NCBI RefSeq assembly: GCF_036321535.1
Contig: NC_087437.1
Coordinates: 57,042,001 to 57,106,000, forward strand
Direction of reading: 5' to 3'
DNA from: Camelus dromedarius
Taxonomy: Eukaryota
DNA length: 64,000 nt
The translations under genes were made by a program, and so were the position numbers. Below are positions 35,572-47,879 of this stretch, one piece after another (the first letter of the stretch is position 1; each line of letters begins with the position of its first letter). Under the pieces are notes generated by a model. That model did not search any database, was not told where the DNA came from, and worked only from the letters and a program-made list of their open reading frames with translations.

Positions 35572-38549
35572 TCTACCCATTTTTTAATGGTCTTTTTTTG
35601 TTATTGTGTTGTATAAGCTGTTTATATATTTTGGTCATTAACTACTTATCAGTCATATTATTTGCAATTTTTTTCTCCCATTTAGTAGCTTGTCTTTTCA
35701 TTTTGTTAATGATTTCCTTTGCTGTGCAAAAGCTTTTAAGTTTAATTAGGTTCCATTTGTTTATTTTTGCTTTTACATCTTTTGCTTTAAGAGATAGATC
35801 CAAAAATATATTGCTGCAATTTATATCAAAGAGTTTTCTGCCTGTGATCTCTTCTAGGAGTTTTATGGTTTCAGGTCTTATATTTAGGTCTTTAATCAAT
35901 TTTGAGTTTATTTTTGTATATGGTGTGAGGAAATATTCTCATCTCATTCATTTGCACGAGACTGTCCAATTTTCTCAGCACCATTTATTGAAGAGACTGT
36001 CTTTTCTTCATTGTATATTCTTGCCTCCTTTGTCATAAACTAAACATAAGTACATGGGTTTATTTCTGGGCTTTCTATTCTATTCCATTAATCTATGTGT
36101 CTGTATTTGTGGTGGTGCCATGTTGTTTTGATTACTGTAGCTTTGTAGTATAGTCGGGGGTCAGAAGGCATGATACCTCCTGCTTTGTTCTTTTTCTCAA
36201 GGTTACTTGGGCAATTTAAGGTCTTTTGTGGTCCCACATAAATCTTAGAATTATTTGTTCTAGTTTTGTGGAAAATGTTATGGGTATTTTAATAGAGATT
36301 TTATTAAATTTGTAGATTGCTTTGGGTAGTAAGGACATTTTAACAATGTTAATTCTCCCAATCCAAGAACATGGGTTATCTTTCCATTTCTATGTATTAT
36401 TTTCAAATTCCTTCATCAGTATTCTATATAGTTTTCCAAGTATCAGCCTTTTACATCCTTAGTTTAAGTTATTCTTAGGCATTTTATTTTTTGATGTGAT
36501 TGTAAATGAAATTATTTCCTTAATTTTTCTTTATGATAGTTCATTATTAGTGTACAGAAAAGCAACAGATTTCTGTATATTAATCTTATATCCTGCAACT
36601 TCACTGAATTCATCTATTAGTTCTAATATTGTGGGGGGAAGAAGACGTTAAGGCTATGTACATATAGTATCATGTCATCTGCAGGTAGTGACAGTTTTAC
36701 TTCTTCCGTGTCTCTGAACTGAACAATCACCTGAAGCTTTTGATGAGGAATGTACTTTTCAGTTCAGCTGGCCAATCAACTAATGATAAGACTTTACTAT
36801 ACCCAGTTGAACCTCGAGTTTCTGATCCTTGTTCTAAAGCTTTTGTCTGTACGTACACAGGATTTTTCGATCTTGCTTTTTTCCTTCTCCTTTGTCTTTG
36901 CCTTAATTCAAACCTTCAGCATTTGTTCCTCCTACTAGATATACAGCTAATTTTCTTGTCTCTCAAAACATTTGATAGTTAGCTTTCAAGGCCTGTGACT
37001 TGATCTCCTGCTTCCAGAAGTATTTTCAAGTGTAGCTACAGAGGAGGTAGGAAATAGTTGCTCACTCTCTCGTAAACATTTAAAATAATTTTTCAAGGTA
37101 ATGTAAAGCCATAACCATTATTAAGTTGGTGAGACACAGAAGGTTCACAGCTGACTGTGCTGTCCTTTGCCCTCTTTGGCCCCTGACTTGCTTACTGTCC
37201 TACAGCTGAGCTGTGCCTGCCAGAACCATGTCTCTCTTCTCACCATCCTCTGTAGTCAATAGGTCTTCAGCAAGGGTTTCCCTCTGCCTCTCATACCTTT
37301 CCCTCCTTATCTCCCCCATCATTTATATCTGTATCTCAAACCTAGGGAAGATCAAGAAAAAGATGTTTCAAGTGTTTAAATGTTTTCTGTATCAATGATT
37401 TTGTCCTGGGTATAGTATTTCAGTTTCACAAATGATCTAGGAGTGCTTCTCATGGAAATGATCCCAGGCATTGCTGAAAGTATAAAATATATGCTAATGA
37501 TGAAAGAAAGGGCAAAAGGGACATTACAGGAAGAAATATTTTATGACCAATATAATGGCATATCAAACCACTTTTAGAATAACTAAGCATTTCTGTGAAA
37601 AACATAAAAGGTCAAATAGCATATCTCATAATGCAGAAAAGAAATCCATTCAATTTTAAAGTTGTTCTTGCACTATCCAAAGTTACTTAGAGGACAAAAT
37701 AACTGAGGTTAATAGACTTTAATATGTCACTTGCCTAAGTGGTTGATTAAAATATAAATTTAAAGGAATAAGACAGATATTTCAAGCCTGTCATGACACG
37801 TCATCAATCTCTGAAATGATTGTGTTTCCAGTTTGTCCTAATACTGTGACCATTTTTGTTGTTTCAATTCTGCATATTTTCCATCAAAGAAGAAACTTTC
37901 AATATCTCTATTATTGTAACTTTATAATCAGCATCATAAATAATGAAACCCTATTCAGCACTGACTCCTTTAAAATCAGTAATTATAAATGAGGCTTACT
38001 GGAGTTTGGAGGCAGACAAGAGGCTTATTCTGATATACAGCTAGTGGCCTGACTTCCACTAACTTATTTCACCTCTCTTTTCAGAAAACACTTGTTCAGT
38101 CAGGACTTTCAAATAACTAGCATTCAGGGTGAACACTGACTATCTCATCATATTGCATTTGATTCTTTTATATTTTGTTATTTTATCTTATCTATGCTTT
38201 TACTTTAGATTGTTGTATTGTTCAAGATGATGGCAATTAACCATAAGTGAGCAAGATGCCAAAAGGGAAGCAGTTATTGTTTTTAAAGCTCTTATTAACA
38301 ATACAAAGTTATTGGTCTTAGCAGTTATCTTATTGGGAACTTTCAGAACAACAATAAAACAAAATAAAAACATAGCAAAAAAACAAAAAACAAACAAAAA
38401 CTAGTAAAAAGCAAGGGCTTTTTCCATGTTCAGATCTTTAAAATTCTGACTAGAACTGAGGATGCTGTCTGTGTGCACCAACTCTTGACAGTTTTTATCA
38501 CTTACGTGAGTTGAGATAGTTTGTAGAGAACCTTTAGTAAAAGAACATA

Positions 38550-38900
38550 AAAACCTTTGCATGTGCTGTTCCCTTTGCCAGGAGAGCTCTTCCCCTAGGT
38601 GGTCCTCTGCTCTGTTCTTTTGTTACCTCTTTAGAGAGATTTTTCTTTTTTCTTTTTTTTTTTTTTTTTTGCTGACTGATCTAAAGCAGCTTGGTAATTT
38701 CCTTGTAGTGCTTTGTTTTTCACCATATCATTATTATAATGCATTTTTCATTTATTTGTAGATTATCTACTTCACTAGAATATGAGTTTAATGAGGGCAG
38801 GAATTTCACCTATTTTTGTTCATGACTCTATCCCCAGAGCCTAAGACAGGGGCCTGGCCCAAAGCAGGTTCTCAATAATTATTTGTTGAGTTAATTAATA
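38550..38900 (+). mobile_element. L2 3' end
   Basis: 'cctttgcatgtgctgttccctttgccagg...actagaatatgag..aatgagggcagga...tatccccagagcctaagacagggcctggc...ctcaataattatttgttga'. Confidence 0.8.
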
Positions 38901-41524
38901 AAATATGAGTGCCTTAAGAATAATTATTTTATTTAATGCTATACATGATGTAATTATACCATCATAATGAATCCAATCTACCACCTTTCTTAAAGTTCCA
39001 GTGCATATTTGTATTGGTATACACTCTAGTCCATCAGATATATTTGCACAAGTAAGCAGTTATAAAAAAATTAATATAACGTACTTAAGCCAAGCAGTCA
39101 ATTAAAAACAAAACAAAATATCAAACAAATAACACCGTTTACCTGACTTTAGTGTTCTATTTATTTCAAATACGTATGTATTTTTTTTAATGAGGTTTTT
39201 TTTTTTCCCCTCTTAATGGTAAAGGAATGGAGTCATAAGATCAACAGGACACAGGAAAGTGATTTTAAGTCAGGAGGTGATCAGTTTACATTAGCATAAA
39301 ATACCTCTCATATTTTTCACACTTTTCTCTATGTTAGGATCTCCAATATACTTGTTACTCAGAATACCTTAAGTTGGTCTGTTTGATGTCACTGAGAACA
39401 CTTGAAAAAACTTGTCTATGTAACATTTTATTCACATTTAAAAGCATGTATATTTTCATTCAACAAATCTATAATTTAAGATGTAAATGTTAATTTATTT
39501 ATTTCAAAGTATCTAAAAGTAGCTCTGAAAGAAAAGTTGTAGTTTGATTTTTGAACCAAACTTGATCAAGCACTTGCCATACGCTATCTATTCTGCTACC
39601 TCTGGGACATCAAAGGCCGTCAAAAGACAGTGATTGCCTAAAAGATTGCACAAAACAGTAGGAAAGATTATTTCCTTATTTATTCACACATTTATTCATA
39701 TATGTGTATATATATATATCTTCTTGCACCAAAAATGATTTAACATGACCTATAAAACTTTACACACTATAAAGCAGTATGAGCTATAAGCAGGTAAGAA
39801 AGATAAGGTAAAGGATAAACAAGGGTAAACAATAAAATACAGCTAGAGATAGGTTATTGCATAAAATGCAGAATGTTAAATAGTATATACTTCTGAGGAA
39901 TATCTGTGAATTGATAATGACAGTTCAATGGGACATTAAATGTAACACTGGAAGTATGCATATGGTACATTTTTAACAGATAAGGGAACAAATAACTAAA
40001 TATTTCTCACACGATTTTGATTGAGTCAGAAAAGTTGTCCTAGAATAAGTGGTATTTACCCTGAGTTCCTGAGGAAGAATAATAATTGTTCGGACAGATT
40101 GAGTGGGGGGTTACAGGACTCTAGGCAAAGGGAAAAATATGCGGCATGTGTAATATGGAAACATGCGTAATTAAAACAGCATGAGACATTTGGGAAATTA
40201 TAAGGATAAAGATGAAATGGGAGAAGCAAGTGATGATGGTAAGATGGGAGGCTGGCCTCTGGCCAGTTCTTGTGCTGTATTAATTTACTGTCACGGAGAG
40301 AAACATGGGTGATGGTGCATGTCAGTGAACACAGTTCCGGATGGTGGTTTAATTCTGTTTTTTGGGGAGGAGATACTGTGAATCATTCAACTTGCAAATA
40401 TCCTATAATGTTTACTGTTAGCCAGTGAGGTGAGCTGCTGGTCCAGATCACCTGTGGATAACCTGAAGCCATTCCCAGAGCAGAGCTGCATTCACTTATT
40501 ACCCTGTATCATGAAGTGATCTTCCAAATGCAACTCCTTTAGAGCTAAAATGATGAGAATAAGGACCAGGGGGATTTACAGAATCCTAATCCTTTCATAG
40601 TTGCTTTAAATATTTTTCAGCAGTAGTATTTCAAAAGGATGCTGCTGCCGTGAATAATTATGGCACCTTAATTTTTTTTTTCTAAGGAAATATAACTCAT
40701 TTCAGCCAGGAACAAGTAATGATTTATAAAGGACAGAGATCTGATGTAACACAATGTTTTTAATTTTATTCTCTGTTGCCTGCGTCTCACACTTACTCCA
40801 TTTTTGGGACACAATCTCCACCCTCAGTGAAGCCTTTCCACCTGTATAGGCACTGATACAAGCCAAGTACTTCCTCATACTTTAGTTTCTCATCCCATGG
40901 CTAACGGCATAATCCTCTAAGCACTACTCTGATTGTATCACTGGCCCTGTTCACATGACTCACTTTTGCTCATTCTGAGTAGGTGGGCATTTGCAGTCCT
41001 CTGCTATCTGGGACATACAGAAACCATGTACTTAAAAACGTTATCCTAGTCCATACTTACTACACTAATGACAGGTTTTTCTTCCATACACAATCTTTTC
41101 TCTTGCCTTCGCCCTATATTTTATCTCCAACACACACACGTCCCATCTCTACAGAATGAAATTCTGAACATTCTTCTAGATTCAGTTCAAACGTGTCTGT
41201 CTTCATGATGTCATTTGTCCTAACTGCCTTTGAACCAAAACCCCCATTATTTGACTCCAATAGCAATTTAATTCTCTTATCTCACATGTGGCATTGTGCC
41301 TTTTTTTCCTTACTAGTCTTAGTTTTTTATAGGCAGAAAAATGATTTTTCCCTCTTTGTTTATTCTCATTTCAACAATCACACCCATCCTAAACCTCACC
41401 CAGTGTGTGGCCTAGTGCCATATACGTTGTGTGTGCTTGTGTGTATGTGTCTGTGTGCGTGCATGCTTTTTTTTTCAGTTTGTGAAAGAATTCCCCTCAT
41501 CTAGTCAATTAACACGTCAGTCAC

Positions 41525-41546
41525 ATATATATGTATGTGTGTATAA

Positions 41547-41595
<49 letters not shown>
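41525..41595. repeat. (TA)n-rich microsatellite inside L1
   Basis: Seen directly. Confidence 0.9.
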
Positions 41596-42550
41596 GGTGA
41601 GAACATTTAAGTTCTATCCTCTTAGCAAACTTCAATTATACAACACAGTGTTATCAATTATAGTACTATGTTATACATTAGCTCCTCAGGCCTTATTCAT
41701 CTTATAGCTGCAATTGTGTACTTTTTAACCAACCTATCCCGATTTCCCCCACTTGTCAGCCCCTGGGGACTCACTTTTCTGTTCTCTGCTTCTGAGTTTG
41801 ACTTTTTTTTCAGATTCCACTTACCATTGACACAGTGCAGTATTTGTATTTTTCTATATGACTTAATTTCATTTAGTATAATACCCTAAAGGTCTATCCA
41901 GTTTCCTCAAATGTCAGTATTCCCTTCTTTCTCGTGAATGAATGATATTCCATTATGTATACGTAATATCTATGTATTATATTTTAAATATGTTATATTA
42001 TATATTAAATATTTTATATATGTACATCTTTATCCATTCATGTGTTGACAGACTTGGAGTTGTTACTATATTTTGACTTTTGCAAATAATGCTGCAGTGA
42101 ACATGGGAATGCAGATATCTCTGTGACACCGTGTTTTAATTTCCTTTGGATGTATGTGCAGAAGTGGGATTGCTGGATCATATGGTAGTTCTATTTTTAA
42201 TTTCTTGAAGAACTTTCATATTATTTTCCATAGTGGCTGCACCAATTTTCATACCCACCAACAATGTACAAGGGACCCCTTTTCTCCACAACATGGTCAA
42301 CACTTGCTTATTTATTTTTCTGATGATAACAGGTGTGAGGTGATATCTCACTGTGGTTTTGATTTGCATTTCCCTGATCATTAGTGATGCTGGTCACCTT
42401 TTCATGTGCTCGTTGGCCATTTGTATGTCTTCTCTGGAAAAATGTTTATTTGGTTCCTCTGCCCACTTTTTAATCTTTTTTTTTTTTTTTGCTATCTAGT
42501 TGAGTGTATTTTTATACATTTTTGGATATTAACTCCTTATCATATATATA

Positions 42551-42723
42551 TTTTAACATTTTATGATTTCTATGCTTTTTTAATTGAAGCATAGTCAGTT
42601 TACAATGTGTCAATTTCTGGTATACAGCATAATGTTTCAGTCGTACATATACATACATACATTTGTTTTCATATTCCTTTTCATTATAGGTTACTAAAGA
42701 TATTGAATACAGTTCCCTGTGCT
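42551..42723 (-). mobile_element. ~150-170-bp camelid-type L1 3' tail nested in an older L1
   Basis: 'aattgaagcatagtcagtttacaatg...gatattgaatacagttccctgtgct'. Duplicated cttatca at 42536-42542 and 42724-42730. Confidence 0.85.
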
Positions 42724-43704
42724 CTTATCAGGTATTTGCAAATATTTTCTCTCACTTCATAGGTTGCCTTTTCATTTTGCTGAGAAGTTTCTTTGCTTTG
42801 CAGAAGCCTTTTAATTTGATGTAGTCCCTCTTGTTCATTTTTGCTTTTGTGCCTTTGATTTTGGTGTCAAATCCAAAAAATCATTGCCAAGACCGATGTG
42901 AAGGAGCTTACCACTTACATTTTTTTCTTAGGATTTTCTTCTATATTGTGTTATTTTTCATTAAAGTGTGGAAGGATACTAATCCATAAAATAAAAGTTA
43001 ATAGCATCTTTGAAAACAGCTGTTTTGGTGACAGGTACTATGCAAGAGCTGCGCTTCGTTGCACCAGGGAGATCATTAGGAAGATACTGAAGGCCTAGCT
43101 AAATGACAGTTCAAACAAATTAAGCACCTACATGGGGCTATAATGGATTTCATTTCCTGCTGCTGGCCACATGGAAAGAAAATGCCTCACAAGTAAATCA
43201 GGCAGCTCATTGAGATGCTGGAAAAATGTCATAAGGACCTGGGCTGAGGCCACAGAAGATCAATTATATTCTCTATAGTTTTGATGCCATCATCAGTCTT
43301 TGTTGTTCACAAAAATAAAAACAGATTTAATAATTTTATTACTTGTGTGTACATTACTCTTTGTAAGTTAGAGAATATATCGACATCTATTATCTTATTT
43401 ACTTATATCAACAAATCAGTAAATGAAGAAAGGCTGGATTTACTTGTCCCAATTACGGGGGTGGGGAGAGCAGAGCCTTACATCTGATAAGTAAATTACT
43501 AAATATCATAAACTTACCAAGTTATAAAACTAATTTGGGAATGCAGAACTTTGACTTCTAGGAAAGCATTCTTCACCTTTAAAATAGGAAGTACATCTCT
43601 AATTTTGGAAGGGAAAAAAAACACTAGGGATGAATTTTAAAAGATTAGAAATCTCTTACATTCTAATCCAGAGTGAATTTTTTTTTTTTGGCTGCCTTGG
43701 AATG

Positions 43705-44110
43705 TATGATGGATTTGTATTGTACCAACTGACGTGAGCTGTAAGTATGTTTTCTAGATTCCTTCCAATGCCTAGGTCCTAGTTAGTGTAGTTCACCTGG
43801 GTCATCCTTTGGCTTCTTGGACTTCCAGGCCAGATGCATCTGTAGCTCCAGGTTGAAGGGCATCATCATGTCTTGCAGAATAACTGAGGCACCAAAGCTG
43901 GAGCTTAAACGTGGTGAGAGACTGATGTGAGGTTGCCTTTCTCCTCATGGGTTCCACTTGTCCATGTTCTCGTCAACTTCATACCCATCTTCCCCTCCAT
44001 GCTGCTTGCCCCGTGGAATCCAGGCTGTGTAAAGCAATCTCACACTGACTGTTTAGCCAACTCCCACAATGGCATTAGGTCAAATTCCTACACCAATCCT
44101 TTCATTTTAT
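43705..44110 (+). mobile_element. ERVL-class LTR (LTR41/LTR52/MLT2-like), 5' LTR of a deleted provirus
   Basis: Start 'tatgatggatttgtattgtaccaactg...tagattcctt' and 'ttagccaactcccacaatgg' parallel the LTR at 44861. Confidence 0.65.
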
Positions 44111-44234
44111 GAGTACCTACATGCATACATATATCTTTATAGTACATATAATACAGAATTATATATTTGACTGTACAATTGTGTATGTTGCTACTACACA
44201 AGATAAAGAGGAGTGTATCTGTAATAATGCAGAT

Positions 44235-44860
44235 CGCCTGTGATGCCTTTCCATATTTGCATATCCTGTGATTAAAGTAAATGGAAAAACTTTAATAGCC
44301 CAATGCAGGCAGGTTTGCTAATGGTCTAGACCCTTCAAGAATGTGGGACATTGTATCCAGAAAGTAGCCATGACCAGCTGAGATTCTTGCTGAGGATAAA
44401 GGGAACGTAGAACAGGTAGTGGAAGAAAGGTAGCTATAAATACCAGTTATGACTATGTGACCAGTTGCAGAGATGTGAACTGAATTAGTCATGCATATTT
44501 CTTCTTTTCCTTGATATGAATAGATTTGTGTATATATTAACTTTCTTCTCTTCACCTCTCTCATTTCCCTGCTATCTATGATAAATGTATTTATAGTAGT
44601 TACCTTTATACCTCAGTACTTACATTTCAGAATATGAAAGGGGGAATGTGACTCAGCTAGAAGAGGAATAAACATCACCTCAAAATAGATGAAGGAATTT
44701 GTAGCCTCTTTCAGGGAGAGGATTCTCATGTTTTTGGCTTTATGTAGGATAGTTGGATTGTGTTAGGTGGAAGCATGGTTTTGCTGTTGTCTTTATTTGG
44801 AAATTAAGTTCAGTATGGCTACATGAAGTGTAGATGGATGCCAACTTTACAAGGATGGAC
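44235..44860 (+). mobile_element. ERVL internal 3' end (end of pol region, 3' untranslated part, PPT-like junction)
   Basis: 'cctgtgattaaagtaaatggaaaa...gcccaatgcaggcagg...agacccttca...cttgctgaggataaagggaa...gtgaccagttgcaga' matches recalled HERV-L internal sequence. Ends 'gatgccaactttacaaggatggac|tgtgatgg'. Confidence 0.8.
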
Positions 44861-45516
44861 TGTGATGGGTTTGTATTCTCCCAATTTAGCTAAACTGGTA
44901 TTTCATTTCCAAGATTCCTCTTACTGAAGAGTCCTAGGTTAGTGGAGGCTGCAGAAGATAATTTTGCATAAATTTGGAAGGCCTAGTGAATCAACAGGCA
45001 GTTAGAGATGGAAGATGGATGTATGGTGATGAGAGTGAGGATAAACCCATGAGCAGTAACTGGATCTGTGATGGACTAAGACCCATACTGGTCTCTCACC
45101 ACCATCAAGCCTCCGTCGTGAATGATATGGTTGTCCTTTGTCGGGCTGGTAAACAACACCTAGACCACTATCAGAGAAACTGAAAGGGGATCTGGTGGGA
45201 ACTGCAGTAACACTTGCCCTGCTGTCGTCCCACACTAACAAGGTGAGTCAGCCCTAAGCAGCATTGTGAGTAAGTTGCCACAGTGCCTGGTGCCCCTGCA
45301 CCAGCCTTCCCAGTGTAACAAATGTATGATTGTTGCTTCACTTCCCTTCACCTAGGTCTCCAGCGCCAGACACAAAGACAGCAGCTTTCCACACACCTTT
45401 AACCAGCTCCCACGATTGTATACTGTGAAATACTCAGAAAGTTACAGTCAATAGTGTGTGTGTGCTCATGTGATGCCTGGTGGTGCAGTTTCTTCTCTTG
45501 AGAATGTACTAATTCA
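44861..45516 (+). mobile_element. ERVL-class 3' LTR
   Basis: Begins tgtgatgg immediately after the PPT-like stretch, with 'atttggaaggc..gtgaa', 'ttaaccagctcccacgattg', and ends '...gtttcttctcttgag..actaattca'. Confidence 0.7.
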
Positions 45517-45599
45517 TAATTCGAAAAGTATTAGACTTAATAGGAGCAGAGTTTGGTTCCCTAATAGACAAGCTGCTTTGCTTTGAAACTGTACTAATA

Positions 45600-45878
45600 T
45601 CACAGTAGCTAAAATGTACTGTGTCCTTATCATTTGACAAAACTGTTCTAAGTGCTCTATATTAACTCTTTTTTTAACAATGTATCAATAATTTTGGAAG
45701 TAGGTCCTATTACTGTCTTCATTCTCATTATACAAATCAGGCAACTGAGGTATATGGAAGTTAAGTCACATCTCCAATGTTATAAAATTGAAGTGGGGAG
45801 CCCACATGGGTCTCTCACCAGCTACAATTGGAGGTCCAGCAGTTGAGCACCCAAGCACCTCCTCTAACCATTGTGTTG
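45600..45878 (-). mobile_element. MIR SINE
   Basis: 'ctgttctaagtgctctatattaactc...gtaggtcctatta...caactgaggtatatggaagttaagtcac'. Confidence 0.75.
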
Positions 45879-46454
45879 TGGGATGTCTAGTCTGATCCTC
45901 TAAACGAAGCTCATTCTGAACAGTCTGATCTGATTTCCTTCTGTGTCAGTTAGTGGGCTGGAGAAGGGGGAAATGAGATAGTGGGATTATCTGTGTAGGT
46001 AACTGTGGTTTAGGGATTAGGGTGAATTGGTGATAAAAGGAAAGCAAAAGAAGTAAGAGAGGAGAAAATTGTAACAACTTTTAGACCTTGAACATGCCGC
46101 CTCCGGGGAATGAATAAGCCACTCCTGTAGTCACCTAACCTTGTCTCAGTGGAAATCAAACATTTCCTACAGCATACATAATATTTTATCAAACAACAGT
46201 CTGGCTTGGTGTGCCAGACATCTGGCAAAAGACGCTATGTTCTAACTTTTTTTGTCCTTGATCTTGTCACGATTTTAGAATCATCAATTTTCGGTTCATA
46301 TTTAGGACATTAAAATGATTATATCCTATATTTAAACATATAATCAAATTATTCTCTGTTCTTATGGTAGAACTTAATTTAAGAGAATAATAGTTTCAGT
46401 GATCAAGGTAACAAGATTTTCTTCATCTGATATCTTTGGATTTTTTATTAAAAA

Positions 46455-46595
46455 ATTTATGTATCATAAAATTAACCATATTTAAGTGGACAATTCAAGG
46501 GCATTTAGCACAATGTTGTGCCACAACTATTTCTATCTAATCCCAAAGCATTTTTATGACTTCAAAAGTAAACCTCATACCTATTAAGCAGAGTA
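46455..46595 (-). mobile_element. L1MB-type 3' end fragment
   Basis: 'cataaaattaaccatatttaagtggacaattcaagggcatttag..caatgttgtgc...aaacctcatacctattaagcag'. Confidence 0.7.
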
Positions 46596-47879
46596 ATTGT
46601 TTATTATCTTTTATTAAGAAAAAAATCTTGTGTGGAAATTTCTACTTGTTTTTTAAAGTCTATGAAAAATATCTCCCCTTCTGCATTGGTTATTTTTCTT
46701 TTATTACTGATAGTAGTAAAGTCTCCCAACCTCTGATTTTTTTTTTTTTTTTGATTTGTGTGTTTGTATATAATATTAGTATCTATTATCAATAGATAGC
46801 CAAAACATATATGTTATGCTATGAATATCTATTACTAAATTTATGTGTTAATCCCTACACATTTTAATATACTTTAATATTCTAACTGATATTTTAGTAT
46901 ATTCATATATTTACGTATTTAACTTCCATGTAGTCAAATCCACCTGGGTTTTTCATTATGTCATACTATACTTTACAATTCCTGTTTTATAAAATTCCTT
47001 TCTATACTGAGGTAATATAAAATATTGTCTTCTAAAATTTTAAGGCTCACTTTTCAGTGCTTTACTCTGTTTTACTTATGTTGTGTACAGTGAAATATAG
47101 GAAGTATTTTTTACCTGTGTGGAGCCAGTTGATTCAGAATTGGTTTTTGATTGTCAGTTCTTTTTGTCTGATTTATTATACTGCTTCTTTCCTTTATAAG
47201 TTGCTCTCTGAATGTAGATTTAGAAAGATACATAGATTATCTAGTCTAGCCCCCTTATTTCATAGGGTAAATTAACATGTTCCAAACCAGAGCATATAGG
47301 GTAGAAACGGAAAAATTATTCTTGTCAATGCACAGAGTATAGGTAAATGCCTGGATAACAGTCTGCTTCTTGTTACCATACTTGCTGTGTGTAGTTTGTA
47401 CTCAAAAATAATACCTGTTTTTCTAAAAAGGTTTGATAAAATGGATATGTAAGACCTGAAGGATGCTGTAAATATACTTAAATTAAGTTAAAAGAAAACT
47501 TAAGCATTGGCCACCACTTTATAGGTTTATAGGTATAGGTCAGGCAATCTTGTGATGCTCTATATTTTCTCTTATGTTTCAAATAAACTACCACGTGATG
47601 ATAGCAATGGTTGACTACCTGTTGTATTTGGCCTAGAATACAACAGACATGTTCAAATTATAGTTTTTGAACTTATTAGCATCATGACTATTGCAAAATT
47701 ACTGAATCACAATTTGCTCATCTGCATTACGACATAAATAAGATTGTTTTGAGTTTTACTTGATATAATGCATATAAAACACTTAGTTCAGAATCTGGGA
47801 CAAAATAATGCTTATTCAGTGATAGCTGTCATTATGCTGCTATTATTCTTTTATTGCTGTTGTTGTTTGAATGCCAAAA

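Larger units (their letters stand above)
32878..36707 (-). mobile_element. L1 (artiodactyl-type 3' UTR plus ORF2 3' half), split by a younger L1 at 33830-35571
   Basis: Starts with the reverse tail 'attgaagtatagttgatttacaat'. ORF 35642-35899(-) gives [16 protein letters not shown]...[18 protein letters not shown], canonical L1 ORF2. Ends at 'gacagttttacttcttcc'. Confidence 0.92.
41481..42937 (-). mobile_element. L1 3' end (L1MA9-like), split by a short younger L1 tail
   Basis: 'ggtgagaacatttaagttct..cttagcaaacttcaa...gaagtgggattgctggatcatatggtagttctattt'. ORF 42178-42381(-) [18 protein letters not shown] is L1 ORF2 C-terminal. Confidence 0.9.

Noticed and set aside
35499..36038. Longest ORF (179 aa, + strand), hydrophobic and membrane-protein-like
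   Set aside because: It is the antisense reading of L1 ORF2 across a nested-insertion junction. The F/L/I richness reflects T-rich antisense L1.
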